From Mobula birostris (lineage: Eukaryota), in assembly GCF_030028105.1 (NCBI RefSeq), contig NC_092396.1:25299474-25363473 (forward strand): 64,000 nt of DNA, in the 5' to 3' direction. The notes under the pieces are model-generated. The model ran no database searches and was not told the origin of the DNA. It saw nothing but the letters and a program-made list of their open reading frames with translations. Below are positions 21,220 to 35,000 of the stretch, piece by piece. The translations under genes were made by a program, and so were the position numbers. Every line of letters starts with the position of its first letter. The first letter of the stretch is position 1.

Positions 21220-24200
21220 CTAAAACAAAATACAAAAATAACAGTTAAATCACCACGATTTCTACATTCTAATACTTTCCTAAAGAATGTTTATTGCACT
21301 TCAGTTTTAATTTCTTCAACAAATTTAAGGGGAAACCAATTAGAAAAAGAAAACTAGTACAGGTTGAGTACCCCTTATCTGTAAATGCTTGGGGCCAAAT
21401 GTGTTTAGGATTTCAGAATATATATAATGAGACAGCTTTGGATCACCATCATTTCTGACTCTGAATTTAAGTGCTACCGGCAATCAGTCTGTCTTACACT
21501 TGTTCATCACATAATGTATTTAACAGTAAAAAAAATTAGTACATTTAACGTAATGAAAATATAATTTGTGCAGATAACAAAAGCATCAGTAGAATACCTG
21601 AATCAGCTGTTGAACAACAACAAACAATGGCAGGCTTTCCGTCTCCAAATATAATGCTGTATTTTGATTAAAAGATTACAGTGCACTATTTGTACTTATG
21701 TTTTATGTAAGGTATATAAACAATCAGTATCGTAGACTTGTTCTGGTATTAGATTTTCATCAGCAATGATCTTCAATCAATAAATATCTCTGCTGCTTTG
21801 TGATCAGCACTTTAAGAATTGAATGCCGTGCCTGTCCTTAATTTTCTGCAACCAACCTATTGAGTACTCACAAATACCTTCAATTTTCAGTTCAGCATGA
21901 TAGACCCTTGCTTGTTTCATTATCAGTATACCATTTAAACGGCATATGTTCACTGACGCTGACAAATACATGATTGAAATTTTTATTTTTCACTTTAAGC
22001 AGTAAGCTTCTATTTTTCATTAAATTCTGTCCATTACTTAGGTGAGGTCACTTCTCAGAACTGATGTGCAGAGATCTGCGCTTCACCTGGGAACCTTCCC
22101 AGCACTTTGTGGAATTCTCCACTTGTGACCGTGCTCAAACAATTATTGGATTTCGGAGGTTTTCCAATTTTGGATTTTCAGATAAGGGGTTCTCTACCTG
22201 TACAAATTACTTCAAAATGCTACAACAAAGTAGGAATTCCCCACTCATAGTAAAAACTACCCCAGATGTGGTCAGACACTTTAAGTCACCTGCAGAGGGC
22301 TAGCACCCGACTGAATTTTATGCTCTGGCATCTCTGATGCAGGAATGAAGAAATCCGACACGGCTGCTGCGAGGTAGAACATTGCTTTTGGTCCTATAAA
22401 AAGATATATAGAGGCAATACCACAAGTTAGTCAATAGATTCTCCTGACTTTTAAATCTTATAAGAATTATTCTTTGTTCTACTGAATACATCAGTTGTTC
22501 TCTGCCCAACCTATTATTTCAGGAAGTTCACGGAACTCAGTATGTGGAGTAAATGCTTTAATCTAACACCCATTGGTTACTGCAGCTATCCACAATGTCA
22601 ATGGTAATGCATATCCAAAGAAAATTATTCTGTTTACATAAGGAAGAACACAATTCTTATTTGAATAATGCAAATATCTCCATCAAATCTAACGGTGAAG
22701 ATGGTGCCTGCATACAACACTCCTTCAGTCCACATCTTCTGGATAGATCATGAAACCATGAATTTCACTTCTTTTATGCCTTTTACATTTGGTTTTCATC
22801 TTGAGTGTGATTCTGCAACTGTTGGAGCCTGTGATTTGCAGTTTGGAGATTGTTTGAGTATTTCAGCAGGCTGCAGTCTCCGAGGGGATTCTGTGCGGCA
22901 GCGTGTGGGAGTCTCATAGCGAGAAGGCTATGAGACTATGGAGCTGATGTTCAACTCCATTTCACTGATTAAAGCAACAAGGGAGATTGAAATGCTTGCT
23001 GCTGGTCTTTTTATCACTGGTGAAATTGAAACACTGGCTACCTTTGGGAATCACTCTGCTGCCGGAGAGGGGAGACTGCTATTTTAAATTGCTGGGGGAT
23101 TGCTCTGGTGCCAGAGAGGGGAGACTGCCTTTTATTGGTTGGTGAGATTGAATCGCCAGCTGCCTGCCTTTTTAAATTGCTGGGGGATTGCTCTGCTATG
23201 AAGAGGGAGAATGTTGCCCAGGTTTTCTGTGTTTTGTATGTGGACTTTTTTTAGTCTATTGGGTTTTTTGTATTCTATAGCTTTTGCCTGATCTTCCTTG
23301 TTTTTTTGTGTGCGGGGGAAGGGGGATTTAGGGGGTTGATGTGCCTGTTCCATTTTTGTTCTTTTTTTTTGTGTGGGGAGAAGGGATTGGGGGGGGGGGG
23401 TTGATGATCATGCTGATGTTCTTTTCTTGGTTTTGTGCTATCTGGAGAAGAAAAATTTCAGAGTTGTATACTTTGATAATAAATGAATCTTTGAACCTTT
23501 TAAATACCAAACTAATTTAGACTAGACTAAGAGCTGTTTTTCCTCTTATCTACCTTAAAGGCAACCTTCCAGATTTAATAAATCTATGAAAATATTACAA
23601 GCCTGATATTTCAAATGTTATTACCAACTACTTAAATTCTCCAATAAAATACAATTTCCTTTTCTAGGATTCCTTAGATGGTGAATCCTAGAAATCTGAA
23701 ACCAAAACAGAAAATAGTACATTATGCTTCATCCAGGGAGAGAAGAAAAAGGAATTATTTTCTCAGGTCAAAAGACCTTTTCCAGTTTTTATTAAAGGTT
23801 ATAAACATGAAACATTGATTAGGCTTTCTTCCAAAATGCTGTAAAACGATGCTGACTCTGGTAAGCATGGATTTTCCAAGTGCCTTGTACTACCACTTTG
23901 CTGACAGATTCTGGTAAGTTCCCATTAATCAATGTCAAACTAACAGGCATGGGTCAATTTCTTCCTCTCCTTTCTTAGTAGCAGTTATCCCTACTACCTT
24001 GCAATCTACTGTGATCTTTCTGGTATCTTTGGAATTCTGAAAAAACATTACTATTGCATCTATCAATCTGTCATCTTTTTCATAGCCCCCAACACATGTG
24101 AATTCAATAGGCTGAAGAGCCTGTTCTTGTGCTACCTGATATAAAGGAAGGGAGGATTGATGCATGTTAGCACAATATTGGTCAAAACAAATATTACAGT

Positions 24201-25567
24201 TTGGAAAGGTATGGTTTTTACTGGAAGCATCAGCAAATGGGGCAATATGACTTGAGATGAATATAGTAGTCAAAGATTCCCAGAAAACTGATGAGGGAGT
24301 CATATGCCCACAAGCAATAGAGGGGGGGGGGCAACAGAGAGAAGAAAAAACATGCAAATTTCTAAGAAGTGTTAAAATAACATGGGATTTCAACTACATT
24401 AATATGTACTGGGAGAGACTCAATGACCGAGTCTCCTCAAGTATGCAAGATTGAATATTTACTGCTTAGAATGTCTTATTTCACTCTGAAATAGCCGATC
24501 CCTTATTTTGAGACTGACCCCTCGTTCTACGCAACACAGCTGGGGAAATATCAACTCCTTCGACTTCTAGAAATTCTGTACACTTCGATGAAGTCACCTC
24601 ATTTTTCTAGAGAAGATTTAGCCTGTTCAATCTCTCCTCATGAGATATCTACATCCCAGGAACCAGCATAGTAAACCTCTGCAGCACTGTATAGCAAGAA
24701 AATCCTACGTTAGATGAGGAAACCGAAACTACACAATAATGGTCTCACCACAGGTATAATTGTTAGAAGCAAGCAGAGCATCTACTAAAAAAGGAAAGTT
24801 ACAATACGACAGACAAAACACCAGTTAGGCACCGCTACATGAATAAAAGCAAACCTAAACTGCAGTTACACTACAAATATGTGATTGCACTTAGTGAGAT
24901 TACAACGGAATAGCTACAGAACAGCTTGTTGCAAGGACAAAATACAAAGCCTTCAAGTTGTAGACTTGTGAAAAAAACAACTTAATGGAAAGCTTCGTTA
25001 AACGAACTCCTTAAACGTTCTCCTACCGATGGGGTTAAGCGCCTGAGCCGCCGCCCTGAGCAGGTACAAGTAATCAGACAAGGTGTTGAACTCCACGGGT
25101 AGGAGCAAGCCAGCTTCTCGTACGGCAGCGTAACGCTGCAACACCGGCACGATGTCCGGCAGCACCGACTGGTCAGCTTCCACCCGCCAGCAGGTGGACG
25201 TGGCGTCCTGTACGGCCTTCAACGTGTCCAAGATATTGAGGCCAGAGTAGCGCCGGGAAAACGGGTAGAGCGAGCGGTGGCGGTGCAAGAAGATCACGGC
25301 GTAGCCCAGGTTTAGGAAGTACTCGGCGGACACGGCGCCGCGCCAGCCGCTGCTGAAATTGTCCAGGAAGCGGACGGTCCGCGACTCAAGCGGCACTTTG
25401 GTGCCGCCCGATGTCACCAGCACCACCCTGCGGCCTTGGCTGGCGTGTTGCAGTGCGAACCCGGCCATAGCCTGGGCCGAGGCGTCCGCGTTTGGCGGCG
25501 GTACGCAGTCGGAAAAGAACAGGTTCCATTCCACCTTGCCCTCTGCTTCAGCCACCACCGCCGCCAT
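20887..25567 (-). CDS. PPCS: Phosphopantothenate--cysteine ligase (phosphopantothenoylcysteine synthetase), 3 exons, 325 aa
   Basis: Exons 25567-25027, 22393-22290, 21219-20887 with GT/AG and matching phases. Motifs [81 protein letters not shown]. Confidence 0.97.
21360..22200. mobile_element. Tigger/pogo-like non-autonomous DNA transposon in PPCS intron 2
   Basis: TA|CAGGTTGAGTACCCCTTATCTG ... CAGATAAGGGGTTCTCTACCTG|TA. Confidence 0.8.
22290..22393 (-). CDS. PPCS: PPCS exon 2 ([35 protein letters not shown])
   Basis: tttatag| and cag|gtgact on the minus strand. Confidence 0.95.
22693..23499 (+). mobile_element. Non-autonomous retroposon family B (AAGATGG 5' motif, Rex1-type tail)
   Basis: Begins near AAGATGGTGCC, has internal duplicated ~50-bp units, ends TTGTATACTTTGATAATAAATGAATCTTTGAAC like the Rex1-type tail at 38215-38297. 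Confidence 0.6.
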
Positions 25568-25640
25568 GACAACTGGTCCCCTCTCTAATAGCAACCGGCA
25601 GAGAACCGTGCACCCACTCAGTCTTCCGCCCAGAGTTCTC
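25020..25640. promoter_or_regulatory. CpG island over PPCS exon 1
   Basis: Visibly GC- and CpG-rich relative to the AT-rich, CpG-depleted flanks. Confidence 0.75.
25027..25567 (-). CDS. PPCS: PPCS exon 1
   Basis: ATG in gtcATGG context; donor G|gtagga. Confidence 0.95.
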
Positions 25641-25899
25641 CCCCTCCAAGTATTTCAAAAATCATTAAACAGCACTTTGATCATGTACATATTTCGATTT
25701 TTCTCGTTTATAATTAGAATTAGTTTGTGATGTGATACTTTGTAGGTGATGCAAACTAGGTTCTGTAGAGCGCTCGACAACGTGTAAATCCGTAGCAACG
25801 AGTCGCAAGTCCCTAGCAACGTGTCCCTAGTCCTTAGTAACACTACACTCCAGGAGCTGAGAGGGGTTCCGATAAGGATCGATCTCCCAAGATATCGAC
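25568..25899. promoter_or_regulatory. Bidirectional promoter PPCS/ZMYND12 with RFX X-box-like motifs
   Basis: 332 bp between divergent ATGs; adjacent CpG-rich PPCS exon 1; motifs ATCCGTAGCAAC 25788-25799, GTCCCTAGCAAC 25809-25820, GTCCTTAGTAAC 25830-25841. Confidence 0.75.
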
Positions 25900-26015
25900 A
25901 TGCTAAAATCCTCTATTTATCCGCTTGCTAATCCCAAGGGTGTCAAAATGGAATGTGAGATATGTCAAAAAACCGCTCACATTATGTGCACCCAGTGCAG
26001 GGTGACTTTCTACTG
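25900..26015 (+). CDS. ZMYND12: ZMYND12 exon 1
   Basis: MLKSSIYPLANPKGVKMECEICQKTAHIMCTQCRVTFY; tg|gtgagt. Confidence 0.93.
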
Positions 26016-29000
26016 GTGAGTAAAGGCTTGCGTTTCACCATATCTAAAACTAGTTAGGCAGCTGACCAAACAAGAACTATGGGGAAGGCTTCGGACTCCA
26101 TTTCAGATGTGTTTAAAGTTGCAATCAATAGTTGAATAAACAAAAGTGCCCATTTTACAAAGGAACAAAGAAAATAAACTTAATCATAAAGAAAACGATG
26201 AACATCTGGGATTCGCTAGACCTATGAAATTGTACTGACAGTTAAAGCTTTCCAGGGTACAACAATTTCCATTAATTTGTGATTCAGACAGAGCAGATTT
26301 ATGAAGGCATCCAGTAAAATGACATAATTTTGTACAAATACACCTTCAATAATGGTGGGAAAACATCTAGCACAGAGGTGAAAACAACTAATCAGTTTTT
26401 TGTTACTAAAGATGAAATTTTAATCTGGTAATGGATTAATACTGAAGAGTACAATATTCTTTTTTAAAAAGAAAATGCAAATACCTCAAATGGAGTCTGA
26501 TCAGTTGCTGAAATTACTTGTAAGTGTGAGATTTTATTTTTAAAAAATTCATTTTCTTATCCACGGCTTCGTTTTCTGGGCAAAATAAAGTATTGAAACT
26601 TTCCACTGAAAAATAATATCAATGAGAAATGATCAAAATAAATCTGCCTTGGGGTTAAATTCATTCTAAGTCCACTCTACAGAAGTGGAAGTTTGCATAA
26701 GTCTACTGAAGTTGTTGAGATAAGGTGGAAGTGGACTATGAAACTAACATTATTCTGTTATCCAACATATCTTTAAAACCTTCTTCCAATTCCAGTGTTA
26801 ACAATATGTGAATAGCTCATAGATTCATAGAGTCCACATCATAATATAAATCTCTTCCCATCATTTCCAATTAAAATTTCCCCAAGATCCATTTTTCTAT
26901 CTTATTTTCACTTCCATACCTTGTGCCCTCTGCAAACTCATCACTTTTGGCATGTACTTTCTGTTGGTGAAACCCCGTTCCTGTTATGCTGTGGACTATC
27001 CAACTTTCCTTCTTGCTTGCTATACTCGAGCTCCATTGCCCAAAGTTTTTCCATGCTGAAATAGGTTATTCACAGTCTCAGTATCCCGTACGCCTTAAGT
27101 TGATTTTCTGACTCCGTATTCTGTCCATCACAAAGATCACATAATTCACTGCCAATACATTTCCAACTGTTACCATCCATAATGTGTTCACCTCTAAAAC
27201 TCTAATGTCACTCTCCGATCTTTCTTTCCTGTCAGTTGCCGTCCATTTACTGTGCATTTTAGCTTCATTCCCAAATCTCCCAATCCCACAAGTCACATAC
27301 ACCCATATGTTGGCATCTTCAGGTCCCATGTTGACTACTAGTTCGCCAAGCCTCAAATTTAAAATTCTCAATCTTATATTCAACTCTTTCTTTGACTGCA
27401 CCCTCACTATCTCCTTATTTTCCATCAACATGAAATTTTCTCTTCCCTTTGATTCCTTCATTGCAAAGTTCACATAGACAGTATACTTTCAACCATCTAG
27501 AATTCCCTTCTAAGTTACTGCATTTCTTGTGTATCCTTTGACCATCCCTCCTGCTTTCTCTTGGTGGCCCCCTTTACAGTAAACCTGCTTGCTTTGTACC
27601 AGATCTTCTTTTCACAGATGCTGCCTGTCCTGCAGAGTTCCTCCAGCATCTTATAATGTGTGTTGCTCTGGATTTCCAGCACCTGCAGAATCTCTTGTGT
27701 TTATAACTTAGGAAGTAGTTTTAATAAAATATTGAATATATATACCATGCCATCTGGAGTTTCTCTATTGGACATTAAGCCTGGGACTGTCTGCCTGTTT
27801 CAGTCATTATGCTGGATATGGTAGAAGTATGGCACCCTTAAAGAAAACCAAACATTTTCCCAGAGAACATTTCACACTTGACTAACACCAGTAATATATT
27901 CATTGGTCATTTCATTACTCCTCTTTGAGGATGGCAAGTTGGACGAAACAAAAATCGCTAGCCAGCTTGGTATAGGCTGTAGAGTACGGATTCTGGAATG
28001 GTTCTATGAGATGTGATTAAAATGCAACATCATAACTATAACCATTCACGACACATATTTATTGACTGAGCCAGCTTTTGTGCATTCCTTTGGTACGGAT
28101 GATCTCTCATCAGTAAGTGCCCATAATTGTCTTCTCTCAGTGATGTAACACACCAAGCTGCGGATTGGAATGGAATCCATGAGAAGATTTGTCAGCTTCT
28201 GATTCCAGTACGGATGCCACTGCCATTCTTCAGCTCTAAAAAGGAGCGAGAACACAGTAAGGAGCAGCTGGTGCAGAGGCAGGTAAACATCGAGTATCTT
28301 TCATCTGCTTTGTTTATTTTTCTTGCTTCAGTTTTCTCTTGTCCCCTCCACTAACAGCAACCATAAATGTATATGTGATTGTAGGCCGAGTGTTCCCAAA
28401 ATAATGGCCGTGTTGGCAAAAAGTCTATTCCAGTCTGCACTACAGTCCTCAGCAGCATTTTACATCAGGAAGGCTGTCTTCTATTTCAAAATTCAAAGAA
28501 CATTTTATTATCAAAGTACATACATGTCACCATATACAAACTTGAGATTCATTTCCTTGTGGGCATACTCAACAAATCTATAGAATAGTGGCTATAACAA
28601 AATCAATGAAAGACCACCCAACTAGGGTGTTCAACCAGAGTGCAGAAGACAACAAGACGTGCAAATGCAAAAAGAAGAAGCAATAATAATAAATAAATAA
28701 ACAATAAGTATCGAGAACATGAGATGAACAGTAAGATTAAAAGTAAGTCCATTGTTTGTGGGAACATCTCAATGACGGGGCAGGTGAACTTGAGTGAAGT
28801 TAATCCCTTTTGTTCAAGAGCCTGAAGATTGAGGGGTAGTACCCGTTCCTGGACATGGTGGTGCGAGTCCTGAGGCTCTTGTATCCTCTTCCTTTACTGT
28901 ATTTACTCTTTTACTGAGGTGCTACACTTCTATTCCTATTCCTGTTGTTTTCAACATTATCTGAGTCAGCATTGAGTAGAAAATAGACTTGGGACTTGGC

Positions 29001-32000
29001 TATCTACATGTCTGAGCTTGAAGTGGGCAGTTAACAACTTAATAGCCTGAAAAGCCACATTGGAGTGGCACTCGAGTGAGGCTCATGAAGCTCAAAGCAC
29101 ATTGTTCAACGAAACAAGCTGTACACCTTGCAGCTCACAAATGTGGGCTTTTGTCACGGAGAAAGTGGAATTCACAAATATATTTTATATATATATATAT
29201 ACACATATATACATATACATACATATATATATATATATATATACACACATGAGAAGAGGGGTGGTGAGAAATGACTGCACTGGGGAAGGATGGCGGGGGG
29301 GATTGGGGGCTGGAGAAACAATTCAGTCAGACAGTTGGGGAAGAGTAATTGATGATGGGTGAATTGGGAAACAATTAGAAAAAGAGGAAATAGTCAGGGA
29401 TTCTGAAGGATGGGAACCTGCTTAATAGTCCAGGAAGGAGACATCTATAGGGAGATAATTGGGGAAGGAGAATCATTTTGGTGGGGGGGGTTCAGAAAAA
29501 GATCAGTGGGAGGAGGAGGGCAGTGGTGAGGAAAGACCTGAGGATGAGGTTAAGCAGTGCAGTTGAGAGCGCAATCACTGATGAAAATCAACAAAGGTAC
29601 CTAAAGAATAATGGAAGCATAGGACCTCCCAATCACATTCCTGATATAGTCAACCATCACTTTGAAGTAGACTGAGGTCAATCTTGACTCTCCATTTCAG
29701 CCTTGGTTCATTGTGCAGGTCTACACCATCAATGGGCAGCATTAGACCATAAGACATAGGAGCAGAATTAGGCCATTTGGCCCATTGAGTCTGCTCTGCC
29801 ATTCTATCATGGCTGATCCTGGATCCCACTCAACCCCATACACCTGCCTTCTCACCATATCCTTTGATGCCCTGACCAATTAGTAAACTACTCACTTCTG
29901 CCTTAAATATACCCATGGACTTGGCCTCCACCATGGTCTGTGGCACAGCATTCCACAGATTCACTACTCTCTGGCTAAAAAACTCCCTCCTTATGTCTGT
30001 TCTAAAAGGTCACCCCTCAATTTTGAGGCTGTGCCCTCTAGTTCTGGATACCCCCACCATAAGAAACATCCTCTCCACGTCTACCTTATGTAGTCTTTCA
30101 ACATTCAGTAGGTTTCAATGAGATCCCTCTGCATTCTTCTAAATTCTAGTGAGTACAGGCCCAAAGCTGCCAAATGCTCCTTATATGTTAACCCCTTTAT
30201 TCCTGGAATCATCCTTGTGAACCTCCTCTGAACTCTCTCCAATGACAACACATCCTTCCTGAGATATGGGCCCTACAATACCCCAAGTGCAGCCCGACTA
30301 GTGCCTTACAAAGCCTCGGCATTATCTTCTTGCTTTTATATTCTATTCCCCTTGAAATAAATACCAACATTGCATTTGCCTTCTTTACCACAGAGTCAAC
30401 TTGTAAATTACCCCTCTGGGAATCTTGCACAAGAACTCCTAAGTCCCTCTGCACCCCTGATGTTTGACCCTTCTCCCCATTTAGAAAATAGTCTGCACTA
30501 GTAGTGCAAGTGGAGTTTATGAAAGTGATATCAAATCAGTCATTGTTTCATGGATACATTCATTTGTCACATGGTACCCTGGGAAAAACAGATCTTCATT
30601 AGCTGTTGAAAGGATTTAATGCAGGGTTGGGAAAGGAACCTTATACGGCATCTTAAACATGTAAATTGTGTATCGTTGCTTAGTATGAACATTAGAAAAA
30701 GTGATCAATATTATTAAGAGACTAACATACAAATTCTTCTGAAAATAATTCTGTAATTTCTTCTTAAGATGTATCATAAGAAAATAATCCAAAACAATAT
30801 TCTAAGAATAGATCCAGAAATATAAACTCAGAAAAGAATGAGTTTTATAAAGCATTTGAATTACATCTCCAGGTTCACCCAAAGTGCTAAAATGGAAACA
30901 AGGCACTGGGATTACAATGCTAACAAGCATGACAGCCAAACAGCACATAACAAATTATCACAATTCAGTAACAGAAAACAGTGGTGGTAAAAGAAGTGGA
31001 AAAGAGATATTAGTTCTCTCCTGAAGTAAGTGACGCTGTTTCCAAGGCAATTTATCTCTGCAGCAGTGCAGGTAGATGACAAATCTGTTCAATACAAATG
31101 ATTACCAAAGATGATTTGGAAATACAAATGATCTCTGGAGAGAGTGAGTCGTAATCATGTATTGCTTGATTAAACCTTGTAATGATTGGATATTGACAGA
31201 GGGCAAGTTTTCCAATGAATCACAGGGAAAGCAATGTCAGAAGTAGTTTTACATTTCTTAAGATATGACAACGGAATTTGGGTATTTTGGTGGAACTGTT
31301 GTGCATCCTAACTGTGTATAAAAATGTCCTGTAATTTTTTTTTTACAATTTCTACAATTGGAGACTGTGCAGACCCCACCCATTAGGTGATTAGGCCTTT
31401 CTCCTACCAGGAGATTGATTGAATGAATACAGTTCTACTGGGGCATATGCATGCAGGTAATTTTTTTTTTGCACAAGAATGAGCCGTGAATGAGTCAAAA
31501 TTCTTGAGCATGAGTAAAGAAATAGATAGATGTATGCTGAAAAGAGTAATACAATAACTATGGGGCCTTAAAATATATTGAACAAACCAAATCAGCTTAA
31601 ATAGCATAGAGGAAAAGAAACATCTGGAGTGTACAAGAGATCGTTTTCTAGATTAGTATGTTGAGAAACCAAAATGGAAGCTGAATATTTTAGATTTAGT
31701 GTTGTGAATGGGAAAAGATGAATTAAATCTTTCTCCATCTTTTGGCACTTTCCCATGCAATAGCGGGAGATTCAATACCTCTTCTTTCACCTCTTCCCTC
31801 CCTGCCACCCAGGGACCCAAAGTCGTTCCAGGTGAGGCAGTGATTCACCTGCACTTCTTCCAATCTAGTGTAGTGCATTTGGTGTTCATAATGTAATCTC
31901 CCCTGCTCTGGAGAACCCAACTGCAGGTCGGATGAATGTTTTGCAAAACAGCTGCCTTCAGTTCACAGGAGTGACGGTGATCTTTTAGTTGCCGCTGCAT

Positions 32001-35000
32001 TAATACCCTTACTCCATTCCCAGTCTGACCTCTTTATCTGAGGCCTCTTGCACCGTTCCAGTGAGGCCCAACAAAAGCCTGAGAAACAATAGCTCATCTC
32101 TGTCAATTGGGTATATTAAGTAAAAAGTCAACCTATGTTCACAAGGCTGTTTGAACTTCATTCATAACTGATCATTAAGTTATGTTTGTCACTTGGAAGT
32201 GTGTGTTACTTGAATTGGTGTTAATAAAGTTTAATAAAATGCATCCAGGGTTCTTGCTTCTTGTCAGATTGTTGTACTGATTGTAATCCCTGTCAAAATA
32301 CATTTAAATGTAGAATATCAAACGTGGTTACGTTGCTGTCCCATTGTTGAACAGCTTGTCAACATCCAGGACATGAAGCTTGGGGCATGAGGTTTGATGG
32401 AGTACCACCAAGTTGTTTCTATAGAAGAGCCTTTCAGTAAAAGTTGAACTACAAGTTACCCATTTCCCTTAAGTGGCTGTCTTTAGCCAAATACATTTCA
32501 GTCATTATATTAATTGGTTGCTGTAGAAAGTAACTTATTTAACACAAAAAAAAATTAATATTAATTAATACTTTGACTTACCGTATGAGGAACGTCTGGC
32601 AGCTCTTGGGCTGTATTTCCTGGAGCTCAGGAGAATGAGGGGGGGATCTGATAGAAACAGTCCAAAATTTAAAAGGCCTGAACAGATTAGATATGGCAAA
32701 GTTATTTCGCATGGTAGGGAAATCTAGAACAAGGGAGCACAATTTCAGGATTGAAGGACGTCCATTTAGAACAGAGATGAGGAGAAGTTACTTTAGTTAG
32801 AGGGTGGTAAATCTGTGGAATTTGTTGCCACAAGCGGCTGTGGAGGCCAGGTCATTGGGTGTATTTAAGGCAGAGATAGGTAAGTTCTTGATTAGCCAGG
32901 GCATCAAAGGGTTTGGGGAGAAGGCAGGGGAGTGGGGCCGATTGGAAGAATTGGATCAGCTCATGATTGAATAGCAGAGCAGACTCGATGGGCCAAGTGG
33001 CCCACTTCTGCTCCAATATCTTATGGTCTTATGGACTTCTCTTTCTTTGGCCTCCTACAGTGTTTCAGCACCTCATCATCCATTTAGACAGGTTGCAATC
33101 CTTGGGAATCCATGTTGAATTCAGCAGTTGCAGTTAGCTGGCCGTTCCCGTTTATGTCAGTGCTCTCATAGAATGTCAACCTCCTGTAAAATTAACTTAG
33201 TCTTGCTCTCTTTACACAGATGCATGTCAGATCTACAGCGTAGTTTCAGTATCATCGCTCACTTTGGAATTCCAGCAATTCTTGTTCTCTGGTTCTGATC
33301 ATTCTAACATGTTCTTTGCTTTCTTTTCTCTCTCCATAACTGTTGGCAATTAAATATTTGTTACCTGGACAACCTTAGAATGCCCTTCTGTTCTCTCCAT
33401 TCTTTCCACTCTCTCCAACTTAAAACATACTTGTTTTTTTCCCCAATTTTTCCAGTTCTATCAAGTGGGCTTACACCTAAAACATGACCTTTTCCTTCTC
33501 TCCACATATACTGGTTGACCTGCTCTGTATTTCCAGATTATCTGTTTATTTTTAAAATATCCAGCATCTGCATTTTCTAGGTTTAATAATATTTAGCACT
33601 GATGGTTTATATTTTTTTCGAATGCTTTTGCCGTTTACAGAAATATCTCATTGATCTGACACGAACTGTGGCTCAAAAGCTTCTATTTGAAGGTAGACAC
33701 GAAGAGGCCATTCCTGGAGCCTTGCAGTCTATGCGCTTTGCGTCTGCTGTCTACGGCAGCCTCTCCGCTGAGTTAGTGCCATCGCAACTACTCCTGGCTG
33801 AAGCTAGCATTGGTAAGAATATTCAAAGTACTATGTGGATTGCCGTGTCACCTGTGAGGAACTAAACAGTCATTAAACCATGTCACCACAAACTGTCCAT
33901 TTTAGATATTAAGGAGATAAATACAATTATTTCCTAAATGGCAAGAGGACCTGAGAAACAGAACAAAATATCTAAGGGTCCAAGTACAGAAATCTGTAAG
34001 AGATACAGAACAGCTTCAATAACAACTTGCAAAAGTGGATTGCTTGCCTTTATGTGGGAGGGCTAGAAGTCACATTACAATGGTTGAATTCTAGAGTACT
34101 GTGGTTCTAGGCACTGAGGTTCAAGAAGTGAGGACAGAGCAGTTTCACCAACATGGTTCTCAACCAAAGGGGTTAAATAATGATGGATGATAGCATAAAT
34201 TAGTTGTGTGATCAGTTAAGTATGGATTGCAAAGGAATTTAATTGAACAGCTTATTAAAGGAGTGGATGGGAACAATTAGAAAGCTATTACTGTACTTCT
34301 TCACTCGATCATCAATTGCTTGTGGGGTTCCCCACCCCCACCCCCTATCTTCATCTTGTTGCTTCAAAATATGTAACTAAGGCATATTTTCATGAAAAAA
34401 AATTGCATTGCCATGGCAGCAATTCTTCTTGGAACTTTGTCAACTGCAGAATGGAGATTGTGTGTGGAAATATCGAACATTGACCCCTTTGTTGCATATT
34501 AATTTGTAATGTTGAAACTTTATAAAGCACTGGTGAGGCCTCACTTGGAGTACTGTGAGCAGTTTTGGGCCCCTTATCCAGGAAAGGATGTGCTGACACT
34601 GGAGAGGGTTCAAAGGAGGTTCACGAAAATGATTCCGGGATTAAAAGGCTTGTCATATGCAGAGTGTTCAACGGCTCTGGGCCTTTACCAGCTGGAATTC
34701 AGAAAAATGAGGGGTGATCAATGAAACCTATGGAATGTTGAAAGGCCTCAATAAGAGTGGATATGGAGAGCATGTTTCCTGTGGTGGGGGAATCTAAGAC
34801 CAGAGGACCCAACCTCAAAAGAGGGACATCCTTTTGGAATGGAACTGAGGAGGAATTTCTTTAGCCAGAGAGTGGTGAATCTGTGGAATTCATTGCCACA
34901 GATGGCTGTCAAGGCTAAGTCATTGGGTATATTAAGGAAGAGGTTGTTAGATTCTTGATTAGTCCAAGCATGAAGGGATACAGGGAGAGGGCAGGAGACT

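Noticed and set aside
25568-25594. N-terminal extension of PPCS from TTG as in the ORF track
   Set aside because: ATG at 25567 has a good Kozak context; there is no evidence for non-AUG initiation.
25359-25730. 123-aa ORF antisense to PPCS exon 1
   Set aside because: Shadow ORF of a GC-rich coding exon.
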